This document shows positions 14,001 through 26,100 of a DNA stretch of 64,000 bases, one piece after another. The DNA lies in the NCBI RefSeq assembly GCF_963921235.1, contig NC_086109.1:558001-622000 (forward strand), read 5' to 3'. Both the position numbers and the translations under genes were made by a program. The first letter of the stretch is position 1. The number at the start of each line of letters is the position of its first letter. The notes below the pieces were generated by a model that was not told the DNA's origin, searched no databases, and saw only the letters and a list, made by a program, of their open reading frames with translations. Origin of the DNA: Mobula hypostoma. Taxonomy: Eukaryota.

Positions 14001-17000
14001 AGCAGTTTCAGCGCAGGAGTTTCCGGGCAGCAGTTTCAGGGCATGAGATTCAAGGCAGGAGTTTCAGGGCATGAGTTGCAGGGCATGTGTTTCAGGTCAC
14101 GAGATTCAAGACAGGAGTTTCAGGACTATAGTTTCAGGGCAGGAGTTTCAGGCCATGAGTTTCAGAGCAGGAGTTTCACTTCAGGAGATACAGTGCAGAA
14201 GTTTGAAGGCATGAGTTACAGGGCTGGAGATTCAGGGCAGGAGTTTCAGGGAAGGAGATTAAGGGCAGCATTTCAGTTCAGCATTTTCAGGGTAGCAGAA
14301 TCAGGGCAGGAGTTTCAGGTTAGTTATTATAGGGCAGCAGTTTCAGGGCATGAGATTCAGGGCAGGAGTTTCAGGTCATGAGATTCAGGGCAGGAGTTTC
14401 AGGGCATGAGATTCTGGGCTGGAGTTTAGGGCAGCAGTTTCCGGCAACAGTTTCAGAGCATGAGATTCAAGGTGGGAGTTTCATGCAGCAGTTTCAGGGC
14501 AGCAGTTGCAGGGCAGTAGTTTCAAGGCAGTCGTTTCAGGGCAGGAGATTCAGGACAGGAGTTTCAGAGCAGGAGTTTCCGGGCAGCAGTTTCAGGGCAT
14601 GAGATTCAAGGCAGGACTTTCAGGGCTGTAGTTTCAGGGCAGGAGACTCAGGGCAGGAGCTTCAGGGCAGGAGTTTCAGGGCAGGAGTTTCAGGGCAGGA
14701 GATTCAGGGCAGGAGTTTCAGGCCATGAGTTTCAGAGCAGGAGTTTCACGTCAGGAGATTCAGGACAGATGTGTCAGGTCAGTAGTTTGAAGGCATGAGT
14801 TTTAGGGCAGAAGATTCAGGGCAGGAGATTCAGGGCAGGAGATTCAGGGCAGGAGTTTCCGGGCAGCAGTTTCAGGGCAACAGTTTCAGGGCATGAGATT
14901 CAAGGCAGGAGTTCAAGGGCAGGAGTTTCAGGGCATGAGTTTCAGGACAGGAGTTTCAGGCAGGAGTTTCAGGACAGGAGTTTCATGTCTTGAGATTCAT
15001 GGCCGGACTTAAGGGCTGTAGTTTCCGGGCAGCAGTTTCAGGGCAGCAGTTTCAGGGCAGGAGATTAAGGGCATGAGATTCAATGGAGGATTTTCAGAGC
15101 AGAAGTTTCAGGGCAGCAGTTTTACGGCTTGAGTTTCAGGGCTTGACGTTCAGGGTTTGAGTTTCAGGGCAGGAGTTTCAGGGCATGAGATTCAGGGCTG
15201 TGGTTTCAGGGCAGGAGATTCAGGGCAGGAGTTTCAGGGCATGAGTTTCAGAGCAGGGGTTTCAGGGCATGAGATTCAGGGCTTGAGTTTCAGGGCAGGA
15301 GAATTAGGACAGGAGTTTCAGGGCATGAGATTCAGGGCATGAGTTTCAGAACAGGAGTTTCAAGGTATGAGATTCAGGGCATGATTTTTAGGGCAGGTCT
15401 TTCAGAGCAGGGGTTTCAGGGCATGAGATTCAGGACTTGAGTTTCAGGGCAGGAGAATTAGGACAGGAGTTTCAGGGCATGAGATTCAGGGCATGAGTTT
15501 CAGAACAGGAGTTTCAAGGTATGAGCTTCAGGGCATGATTTTCAGGGCAGGTCTTTCAGAGCAGGAGTTTCAAGGCATGAGATTCAGGGCAGTAGTTTCA
15601 GGGCATGAGATTCAGGGCAGGAGTTTCAGTGCAGGAGTTTCAGGGCATGAGATTCAGAGCATGAGATTCAGGACAGGCGTTTCAGGGCATGAGATTCACG
15701 GCTGTGGTTTCAGGGCAGGAGATTCTGGCAGGAGTATCAGGGCACGAGATTCAGGGCATGAGTTTCAGAGCAGGAGTTACAGGGCATGAGATTCAGGGCA
15801 GTAGTTTCAGGGCTTGAGATTCAGGGCTGGAGTTTCAAGGCATGAGATTTAGGGGATGAGTTTCAGGGCAGGAGTTTCAGGGCAAGAGATTCAGGGCAGG
15901 AAATTCAGGGCATGTGATTCAGGGCATGAGTTTCAGGACAGGAGTTTCAAGGCATGAGATTCAGGGCCGTTTCAGGGCAGGAGATTCAGGGCAGGAATTT
16001 CGGGGCATGAGATTCAGGGCATGAGTTTCAGGGCAGGAGTTTCAGGGCATGAGATTCAGGGCATGAGATTCAGGGCCTGAGGAACAGGGCAGGAGTTTCT
16101 GGCCATGAGATTCAGGCCATGAGATTCAGGGTTTGAGATTCCGGGTATGAGTTTCAGAGCAGGAGTTTCAGGGCATGAGATTCAGGGCAGGAGTTCCAGG
16201 GCATGAGATTCAGGGCTTGAGTTTCAGGGCAGGAGAATCAGTACAGGAGTTTCAGGGCATGAGATTCAGGGCATGAGTTTCAGAACAGGAGTTTCAAGGT
16301 ATGAGATTCAGGGCATGATTTTCAGGGCAGATCTTTCAGAGCAGGAGTTTCAAGGCATGAGATTCAGGGCAGTAGATTCAGGGCATGAGATTCAGGGCAT
16401 GAGTTTCAGGTCAGGAGTTTCAGGGCATGAGATTCAGAACATGAGATTCTGGACAGGAGTTTCAGGGAATGAGATTCAGGGCAGGAGTTTCAGTGCAGGA
16501 GTTTCAGGGCATGAGACTCAGAGCATGAGGTTCAGGACAGGAGTTTCAGGGCATGATATTCAGGGCTGTGGTTTCAGGGCAGGAGATTCAGGGCAGGAGT
16601 TTCAGGACAGGAGTTTCAGAGTATAAGATTCAGGGCATGAAATTCAGGGCTTGAGATTCAGGGCAGGAGATTCAGGTCAGGAGTTTCAGGGCATGAGATT
16701 CAGAGCAGGAGTTTCAGGGCTTGAGATTCAGGGCATGAGATTCAGGGCTGTCGTTTCAGGGCAGGAGATTCAGGGCAGGAGTTTCAGGGCATGAGATTTA
16801 GGGCATGAGTTTCAGATCAGGAGTTTCAGGGCATGAGATTCAGGGCAGTAGTTTCAGGGCTTGAGATTCAGGGCTGGAGTTTCAGAGCATGAGATTTAGG
16901 GTACGAGTTTCAGGGCAGGAGTTTCAGGGCAAGAGATTCAGGGCATGAGATTCAGGGCATGAGTTTCAGACCAGGAGTTTCAAGGCATGAGATTCAGGGC

Positions 17001-20000
17001 ATGAGTTTCAGGGCATGAGATTCAGGGCATGAGATTCAGGGCAGGAGTTTCAGGGTATGAGATTCAGGGCTGTGGTTTCAGGTCAGGAGATTCAGGGCAG
17101 GAGCTTCAGGACAGGAGTTTCAGGGTATAAGATTCAGGGCATGAAATTCAGGGCTTGAGATTCAGGGCAGGAGTTTCAGGTCAGGAGTTTTAGGGCATGA
17201 GATTCAGGGCAGGAGTTTCAGGTCAGGAGTTTCAGGGCATGAGATTCAGGGCAGGAGTTTCAGGGCTTGAGATTTTGGGCATGAGATTCAGGGCTGTCGT
17301 TTCAGGGCAGGAGATTCAGGGCAGGAGTTTCAGGGCATGAGATTTAGGGCATGAGTTTCAGAGCAGGAGTTTCAGGGCATGAGATTCAGGGCAGTAGTTT
17401 CAGGGCTTGAGATTCAGGGCTGGAGTTTCAGGGAAGGAGATTCAGGACAGGAGTTTCAGGGTCGTACTTTCAGGGCATGAGATTCAAGGCAGGACTTTCA
17501 GGGCTGTAGTTTCAGGGCAGGAGATTCAGGGCAGGAACTTCAGGGCAGGAGTTTCAGGGCAGGAGTTTCAGGGCAGGAGCTTCAGGGCAGGAGTTTCAGG
17601 GCATGAGTTCCAGGGCATGTGTTTCAGGTCACGAGATTCAAGGCAGTAGTTTCAGGAATATCGTTTCAGGGCAGGAGTTTCAGGCCATGAGTTTCAGAGC
17701 AGGAGTTTCACGTCTGGAGATTCAGGACAGATGTGTCAGGTTAGTAGTTTGAAGGCAGTAGTTTCAGGGCAGAAGATTCAGGACAGTAGTTTCAGAGCAG
17801 AATTTCCGGGCAACAGTTTCAGGGCATGAGATTCAAGGCAGGACTTTCAGGGCTGTAGTTTCAGGGCAGGAGATTCAGGGCAGGAGCTTCAGGGCAGGAG
17901 TTTCAGGGCAGGAGATTCAGGGCAGGAGATTCAGGGCATGAGTTCCAGGGCATGTGTTTCAGGTCACGAGATTCAAGGCAGTAGTTTCAGGACTATCGTT
18001 TCAGGGCAGGAGTTTCAGGCCATGAGTTTCAGAGCAGGAGTTTCACGTCAGGAGATTCAGGACAGATGTGTCAGGTCAGTAGTTTGAAGGCATGAGTTTT
18101 AGGGCAGAGGATTCAGGGCAGGAGATTCAGGGCAGGAGTTTCCGGGCAGCAGTTTCAGGCAACAGTTTCAGGGCATGAGATTCAAGGCAGTAGTTCAAGG
18201 GCAGGAGTTTCAGGGCATCAGTTTCAGGACAGGAGTTTCAGGCAGGAGTTTCAGGACAGGAGTTTCATGTCATGAGATTCATGGCCGGACTTAAGGGCTG
18301 TTGTTTCCGGGCAGCAGTTTCAGGGCAACAGTTTCTGGGCATGGGATTCAAGGCAGGAGTTTGAGGGCATGGGTTTCAGGGCATGAGTTTCAGGGCAGCA
18401 GTTTCAGGGCAGGAGTTTCAGGGCTTGACTTTCCGGGTTTGAGTTTCAGGGCTTGAGTTTCAGGGCAGGAGTTTCAGGGCAGGAGATTCAGGGCATGAGA
18501 TTCAGGGCAGGAGATTCAGGGCAGGAGATTCAGGGCAGGAGTTTCAGGGCAAGAGATTCAGGGCAGGAGATTCAGGGAAGGAGATTCAGGGCAGTAGTTT
18601 CAGTGCAGGATTTCACGGCAGTAGCTTCAGGGCAGGAGATTCAGGGCAGGAGCTTGAGGGCATGAGTTTCAGGGCATGAGTTTCAGTGCAGGAGATTCAG
18701 GGAAGGAGATTCAGGGCAGTAGTTTCAGTGCAGGATTTCACGGCAGTAGCTTCAGGGCAGGAGTTACAGGACAGGAGTTTCAGATCATGAGATTCATGGC
18801 AGGAGTTAAGGGCCGCAGTTTCAGGGCAGGAATTTCAGGACATGAGTTTCAGAGAAGGAGTTTCACGTCAGGAGATTCAGGGTAGAAGGTTCACCTCAGC
18901 ACTTTGAAGGAATGAGTTTCAGGGCAGGAGATTCATGGCAAGAGTTTCAAGGCAGGAGATTAAGGGCAGCAGTTTCAGGGCTGTAGTTTCAGTGCAGGAG
19001 TTTTAGGGCAGGAGTTTCAGGGTATGAGTTCCAGGCCATGTGTTTCAGGTCACGAGATTCAAGGCAGGAGTTTCAGGACTATAGTTTCAGGGCTGGAGTT
19101 TCAGGCCATGAGTTTCAGAGCAGGAGTTTCACGTCAGGAGATTCAGGACAGATGTGTCAAGTCAGTAGTTTGAAGGCATGAGTTTTAGGGCAGAAGATTC
19201 AGGGCAGGAGATTCAGGGAAGGAGATTCAGGGCAGTAGTTTCCGGGCAGGAGTTTCACGGCAGTAGCTTCAGGGCAGGAGATTCAGGGCAGGAGATTCAG
19301 GGCAGGAGTTTCCGGGCAGGAGTTTCCCGGTAGCCGTTTCCGGGCAGCAGTTTCAGGGCATGAGATTCAAGGCAGGAGTTTGAGGGCATGAGTTTCAGGG
19401 CATGAGTTTCAGTGCAGGAGTTTCAGGACAGGAGTTACAGGACAGGAGTTTCAGATCATGAGATTCATTTCAGGAGTTAAGGGCCGTAGTTTCAGGGCAG
19501 GAATTTCAGGACATGAGTTTCAGAGAAGGAGTTTCACATCAGGAGATTCAGTGTAGAAGTTTCTTTTCAGGAGTTTGAAGGCATGAATTTCAGGGCAGGA
19601 GTTTGAGGGCAGGAGATTAAGGGCATGAGATTCAGGGCAGGAGATTCAGGGCATGAGAGTCAGGGCAGGAGTTTCAGGGCATGAGATTCAGGGCATGAGA
19701 TTCAGGGCAGGAGTTTCAGGGCAGGAGATTCAGGGCATGAGATTCAGGGCATGAGATTTAGTGCAGGAGATTCAGGGCAGGAGATTCAGGGCAGGAGATT
19801 CAGGGAAGGAGATTCAGGGCAGGAGTTTCCGGGTAGCCGTTTCAGGGCAGCAGTTTCAGGGCATGAGATTCAAGGCAGGAGTTTGAGGGCATGAGTTTCA
19901 GGGCATGAGTTTCAGTGCAGGAGTTTCAGGACAGGAGTTACAGGACAGAAGTTTCAGATCATGAGATTCATGGCAGGAGTTAAGGGCCGTAGTTTCAGGG

Positions 20001-23000
20001 CCGGAGATTCAGGGCATGAGATTCAGGGCAGGATATTCAGGGCAGGAGATTCAGGGCAGGAGTTTCAGGGCAGTGGTTTCAGTGCAGTAGTTTCAGGCCA
20101 GGAGCTTTCGGCCAGTATTTTCAGCACATGAGTTTCAGAGAAGGAGTTTCACGTCAGGAGATTCAGTGTAGAAGGTTCACGTCAGCACTTTGAAGGAATG
20201 AGTTTCAGGGCAGGAGATTCATTGCAAGAGTTTCAAGGCAGGAGATTAAGGGCAGCAGTTTCAGGGCTGTAGTTTCAGTGCAGGAGTTTTAGGGCAGGAG
20301 TTTCAGGGCATGAGTTACAGGGCATGTGTTTCAGGTCACGAGATTCAAGGGAGGAGTTTCAGGACTATAGTTTCAGGGCAGGAGTTTCAGGCCATGAGTT
20401 TCAGAGCAGGAGTTTCACGTCAGGAGTTTCAGGGCAGATGTGTCACGTCAGTAGTTTGAAGGCATGAGTTTTAGGGCAGAAGATTCAGGGCTGGAGTTTC
20501 AGGGAAGGAGATTCAGGACAGGAGCTTCAGGGTCGTACTTTCAGGGAACGAGTTTTCGGGTAGGAGTTTCAGCGCAAGAGATTCAGGGCAGCAGTTTCAG
20601 CGCAGGAGTTTCCGGGCAGCAGTTTCAGGGCATGAGATTCAAGGCAGGAGTTTCAGGGCATGTGTTTCAGGTCACGAGATTCAAGACAGGAGTTTCAGGA
20701 CTATTGTTTCAGGGCAGGAAATTCAGGCCATGAGTTTCAGAGCAGGAGTTTCACTTCAGGAGATTCAGTGCAGAAATTTCATGTCAGGAGTTTGAAGGCA
20801 TGAGTTACAGGGCTGGAGATTCAGGGCAGGAGTTTCAGGGCAGGAGATTAAGGGCAGTAGTTTCAGTGCAGGAGATTCAGGGCAGTAGTTTGAAGGCATG
20901 AGTTTTAGGGCAGAAGATTCAGGGCTGGAGTTTCAGGGAAGGAGATTCAGGACAGGAGCTTCAGGGTCGTACTTTCAGGGGGAGAGTTTTCGGGCAGGAG
21001 TTTCAACGCAAGAGATTCAGAGCAGCAGTTTCAGCGCAGGAGTTTCCGGGCAGCAGTTTCAGGGCATGAGATTCAAGGCAGGAGTTTCAGGGTATGAGTG
21101 GCAGGGCATGTGTTTCAGGTCACAAGATTCAAGGCAGGAGTTTCAGGACTATAGTTTCAGGGCAGGAGTTTCAGGCCATGAGTTTCAGAGCAGGAGTTTC
21201 ACGTCAGGAGATTCAGGGCAGATGTGTCAGGTCAGTAGTTTCAAGGCATGAGTTTTAGGGCAGAAGATTCAGGGCTGGAGTTTCAGGGCAGGAGATTCAG
21301 GACAGGAGCTTCAGGGTCGTACTTTCAGGGAATGAGTTTTCGGGTAGGAGTTTCAGCGCAAGAGATTCAGGTCAGCAGTTTCAGCGCAGGAGTTTCCGGG
21401 CAGCAGTTTCAGGGCATGAGATTCAAGGCAGGAGTTTCAGGGCATGTGTTTCAGGTCACGAGATTCAAGACAGGAGTTTCAGGACTATTGTTTCAGGGCA
21501 GGAATTTCAGGCCATGAGTTTCAGAGCAGGAGTTTCACTTCAGGAGATTCAGTGCAGAAATTCCATGTCAGGAGTTTGAAGGCATGAGTTACAGGGCTGG
21601 AGATTCAGGGCAGGAGTTTCAGGGCAGGAGATTAAGGGCAGTAGTTTCAGTGCAGGAGATTCAGGGCAGGAGTTTCAGGGCAATAGTGTCAGGGTTGTGG
21701 TTTCAGGGCAGGTGTTTCAGGGCAGGCGTTTCAGGGCATGATATTCAAGGCAGGAGTTTAAGGGTAGATGTTTTAGGGCTATAATTTCAGGGCAGGAGTT
21801 GTAGGGCAGGAGTTTCAGGGCAGCAGTTTCAGGGCATGAGATTCAAGGTGGGAGTTTCAGCGCGAGAGTTTCAGGGCAGCAATTTCAACGTAGGAGTTTC
21901 AGGGCAGGAGTTTCAGGGCGGGAGTTTCAGGGCAGGAGTTTCCGGGCAGGAGTTTCCGGGTAGCAGTTTCAGGGCAGCGGTTTCAGGGCATGAGTTTCAG
22001 GACAGGACTTTCAGGACAGGAGTTTCAAGGCAGGACTTTCAAGTCATGAGATTATGGCAGGAGTTAAGGGCTGTAGTTTCAGGGCAGGAGTTTCAAATAC
22101 ATGAGTTTCAGAGAAAGAGTTTCACATCAGGAGATTCAGTGTAGAAGTTTCTGTTCAGGAGTTTGAAGGCATGAATGTCAGGGCAGGCGATTCAGGGCAG
22201 GGATTAAGGGCAGGAGATTAAGGGCATGAGATTCAATGGAGGAGTATCATGGCAGAAGTTTCAGGACAGGTGTTTTACGGCTTGAGTTTCAGGGCTTGAC
22301 TTTCAGGGCTTGAGTTTCAGGGCAGGAGTTTCAGGGCAGGAGTTTCAGGGCAGGAGATTCAGGGCAGGAGATTCAGGGCAGGGGTTTCAGGGCAGGAGTT
22401 TTAAGGCAGGAGTTTCAGGGCAGTGGTTTCAGTGCAGTAGTGTCAGGCCAGGAGCTTTCGACCAGTAGTTTCAGGACTATAGTTTCAGGGCAGGAGTTTC
22501 AGGCCATGAGTTTCAGAGCAGGAGTTTCACGTCAGGAAATTCAGGACAGATGTGTCAGGTCAGTAGTTTGAAGGCATGAGTTTTAGGGCAGAAGATTCAG
22601 GGCAGGAGATTCAGGGAAGGAGATTCAGGGCAGGAGTTTCAGGGTAGGAGATTCAGGGCAGGAGTTTCCGGGCAGCAGTTTCAGGGCAACAGTTTCAGGG
22701 CATGAGATTCAAGGCAGGAGTTCAAGGGCAGGAGTTTCAGGGCATGAGTTTCAGGACAGGAGTTTCAGGCAGGAGTTTCAGGACAGGAGTTTCATGTCAT
22801 GAGATTCATGGCCGGACTTAAGGGCTGTAGTTTCCGGGCAGCAGTTTCAGGGCAACAGTTTCTGGGCATGGGATTCAAGGCAGGAGTTTGAGGGCATGGG
22901 TTTCAGGGCATGAGTTTCAGGGCAGCAGTTTCAGGGCAGGAGATTAAGGGCATGAGATTCAATGGAGGATTTTCAGAGCAGAAGTTTCAGGGCAGCAGTT

Positions 23001-23199
23001 TTACGGCTTGAGTTTCAGGGCTTGACTTTCCGGGTTTGAGTTTCAGGGCTTGAGTTTCAGGGCAGGAGTTTCAGGGCAGGAGATTCAGGGCATGAGATTC
23101 AGGGCAGGAGATTCAGGGCAGGAGATTCAGGGCAGGAGTTTCAGGGCAAGAGATTCAGGGCAGGAGATTCAGGGAAGGAGATTCAGGGCAGGAGTTTCA

Positions 23200-26100
23200 G
23201 TGCAGGATTTCACGGCAGTAGCTTCAGGGCAGGAGATTCAGGGCAGGAGATTCAGGGCAGGAGATTCAGGGCATGAGATTCAGGGCAGGAGTTTCAGGGC
23301 AGTGGTTTCAGTGCAGTAGTTTCAGGCCAGGAGCTTTCGGCCAGTATTTTCAGGACATGTGTTTCAGAGAAGGAGTTTCACGTCAGGAGATTCAGGGTAG
23401 AAGGTTCACGTCAGCACTTTGAAGGAATGAGTTTCAGGGCAGGAGATTCATGGCAAGAGTTTCAAGGCAGGAGATTAAGGGCAGCAGTTTCAGGGCTGTA
23501 GTTTCAGTGCAGGAGTTTTAGGGCAGGAGTTTCAGGGTATGAGTTCCAGGCCATGTGTTTCAGGTCACGAGATTCAAGGCAGGAGTTTCAGGACTATAGT
23601 TTCAGGGCAGGAGTTTCAGGCCATGAGTTTCAGAGCAGGAGTTTCACGTCAGGAGATTCAGGACAGATGTGTCAAGTCAGTAGTTTGAAGGCATGAGTTT
23701 TAGGGCAGAAGATTCAGGGCAGGAGATTCAGGGAAGGAGATTCAGGGCAGTAGTTTCCGGGCAGGAGTTTCACGGCAGTAGCTTCAGGGCAGGAGATTCA
23801 GGGCAGGAGATTCAGGGCAGGAGTTTCCGGGCAGGAGTTTCCCGGTAGCCGTTTCCGGGCAGCAGTTTCAGGGCATGAGATTCAAGGCAGGAGTTTGAGG
23901 GCATGAGTTTCAGGGCATGAGTTTCAGTGCAGGAGTTTCAGGACAGGAGTTACAGGACAGGAGTTTCAGATCATGAGATTCATGGCAGGAGTTAAGGGCC
24001 GTAGTTTCAGGGCAGGAATTTCAGGACATGAGTTTCAGAGAAGGAGTTTCACATCAGGAGATTCAGTGTAGAAGTTTCTTTTCAGGAGTTTGAGGGCAGG
24101 AGATTAAGGGCATGAGATTCAGGGCAGGAGATTCAGGGCATGAGAGTCAGGGCAGGAGTTTCAGGGCATGAGATTCAGGGCAGGAGTTTCAGGGCAGGAG
24201 ATTCAGGGCATGAGATTCAGGGCATGAGATTTAGTGCAGGAGATTCAGGGCAGGAGATTCAGGGCAGGAGTTTCAAGGCAGGAGATTCAGAGCAGGAGAT
24301 TCAGGGAAGGAGATTCAGGGCAGGAGTTTCCAGGTAGCCGTTTCAGGGCAGCAGTTTCAGGGCATGAGATTCAAGGCAGGAGTTTTAGGGCATGAGTTTC
24401 AGGGCATGAGTTTCAGTGCAGGAGTTTCAGGACAGGAGTTACAGGACAGAAGTTTCAGATCATGAGATTCATGGCAGGAGTTAAGGGCCGTAGTTTCAGG
24501 GCCGGAGATTCAGGGCATGAGATTCAGGGCAGGATATTCAGGGCAGGAGATTCAGGGCAGGAGTTTCAGGGCAGTGGTTTCACTGCAGTAGTTTCAGGCC
24601 AGGAGCTTTCGGCCAGTATTTTCAGGACATGAGTTTCAGAGAAGGAGTTTCACGTCAGGAGATTCAGTGTAGAAGGTTCACGTCAGCACTTTGAAGGAAT
24701 GAGTTTCAGGGCAGGAGATTCATGGCAAGAGTTTCAAGGCAGGAGATTAAGGGCAGCAGTTTCAGGGCTGTAGTTTCAGTGCAGGAGTTTTAGGGCAGGA
24801 GTTTCAGGGCATGAGTTACAGGGCATGTGTTTCAGGTCACGAGATTCAAGGGAGGAGTTTCAGGACTATAGTTTCAGGGCAGGAGTTTCAGGCCATGAGT
24901 TTCAGAGCAGGAGTTTCACGTCAGGAGTTTCAGGGCAGATGTGTCACGTCAGTAGTTTGAAGGCATGAGTTTTAGGGCAGAAGATTCAGGGCTGGAGTTT
25001 CAGGGAAGGAGATTCAGGACAGGAGCTTCAGGGTCGTACTTTCAGGGAACGAGTTTTCGGGTAGGAGTTTCAGCGCAAGAGATTCAGGGCAGCAGTTTCA
25101 GCGCAGGAGTTTCCGGGCAGCAGTTTCAGGGCATGAGATTCAAGGCAGGAGTTTCAGGGCATGTGTTTCAGGTCACGAGATTCAAGACAGGAGTTTCAGG
25201 ACTATTGTTTCAGGGCAGGAAATTCAGGCCATGAGTTTCAGAGCAGGAGTTTCACTTCAGGAGATTCAGTGCAGAAATTTCATGTCAGGAGTTTGAAGGC
25301 ATGAGTTACAGGGCTGGAGATTCAGGGCAGGAGTTTCAGGGCAGGAGATTAAGGGCAGTAGTTTCAGTGCAGGAGATTCAGGGCAGTAGTTTGAAGGCAT
25401 GAGTTTTAGGGCAGAAGATTCAGGGCTGGAGTTTCAGGGAAGGAGATTCAGGACAGGAGCTTCAGGGTCGTACTTTCAGGGGGAGAGTTTTCGGGCAGGA
25501 GTTTCAACGCAAGAGATTCAGAGCAGCAGTTTCAGCGCAGGAGTTTCCGGGCAGCAGTTTCAGGGCAAGAGATTCAAGGCAGGAGTTTCAGGGTATGAGT
25601 GGCAGGGCATGTGTTTCAGGTCACAAGATTCAAGGCAGGAGTTTCAGGACTATAGTTTCAGGGCAGGAGTTTCAGGCCATGAGTTTCAGAGCAGGAGTTT
25701 CACGTCAGGAGATTCAGGGCAGATGTGTCACGTCAGTAGTTTGAAGGCATGAGTTTTAGGGCAGAAGATTCAGGGCTGGAGTTTCAGGGCAGGAGATTCA
25801 GGACAGGAGCTTCAGGGTCGTACTTTCAGGGAATGAGTTTTCGGGTAGGAGTTTCAGCGCAAGAGATTCAGGTCAGCAGTTTCAGCGCAGGAGTTTCCGG
25901 GCAGCAGTTTCAGGGCATGAGATTCAAGGCAGGAGTTTCAGGGCATGTGTTTCAGGTCACGAGATTCAAGACAGGAGTTTCAGGACTATTGTTTCAGGGC
26001 AGGAATTTCAGGCCATGAGTTTCAGAGCAGGAGTTTCACTTCAGGAGATTCAGTGCAGAAATTCCATGTCAGGAGTTTGAAGGCATGAGTTACAGGGCTG

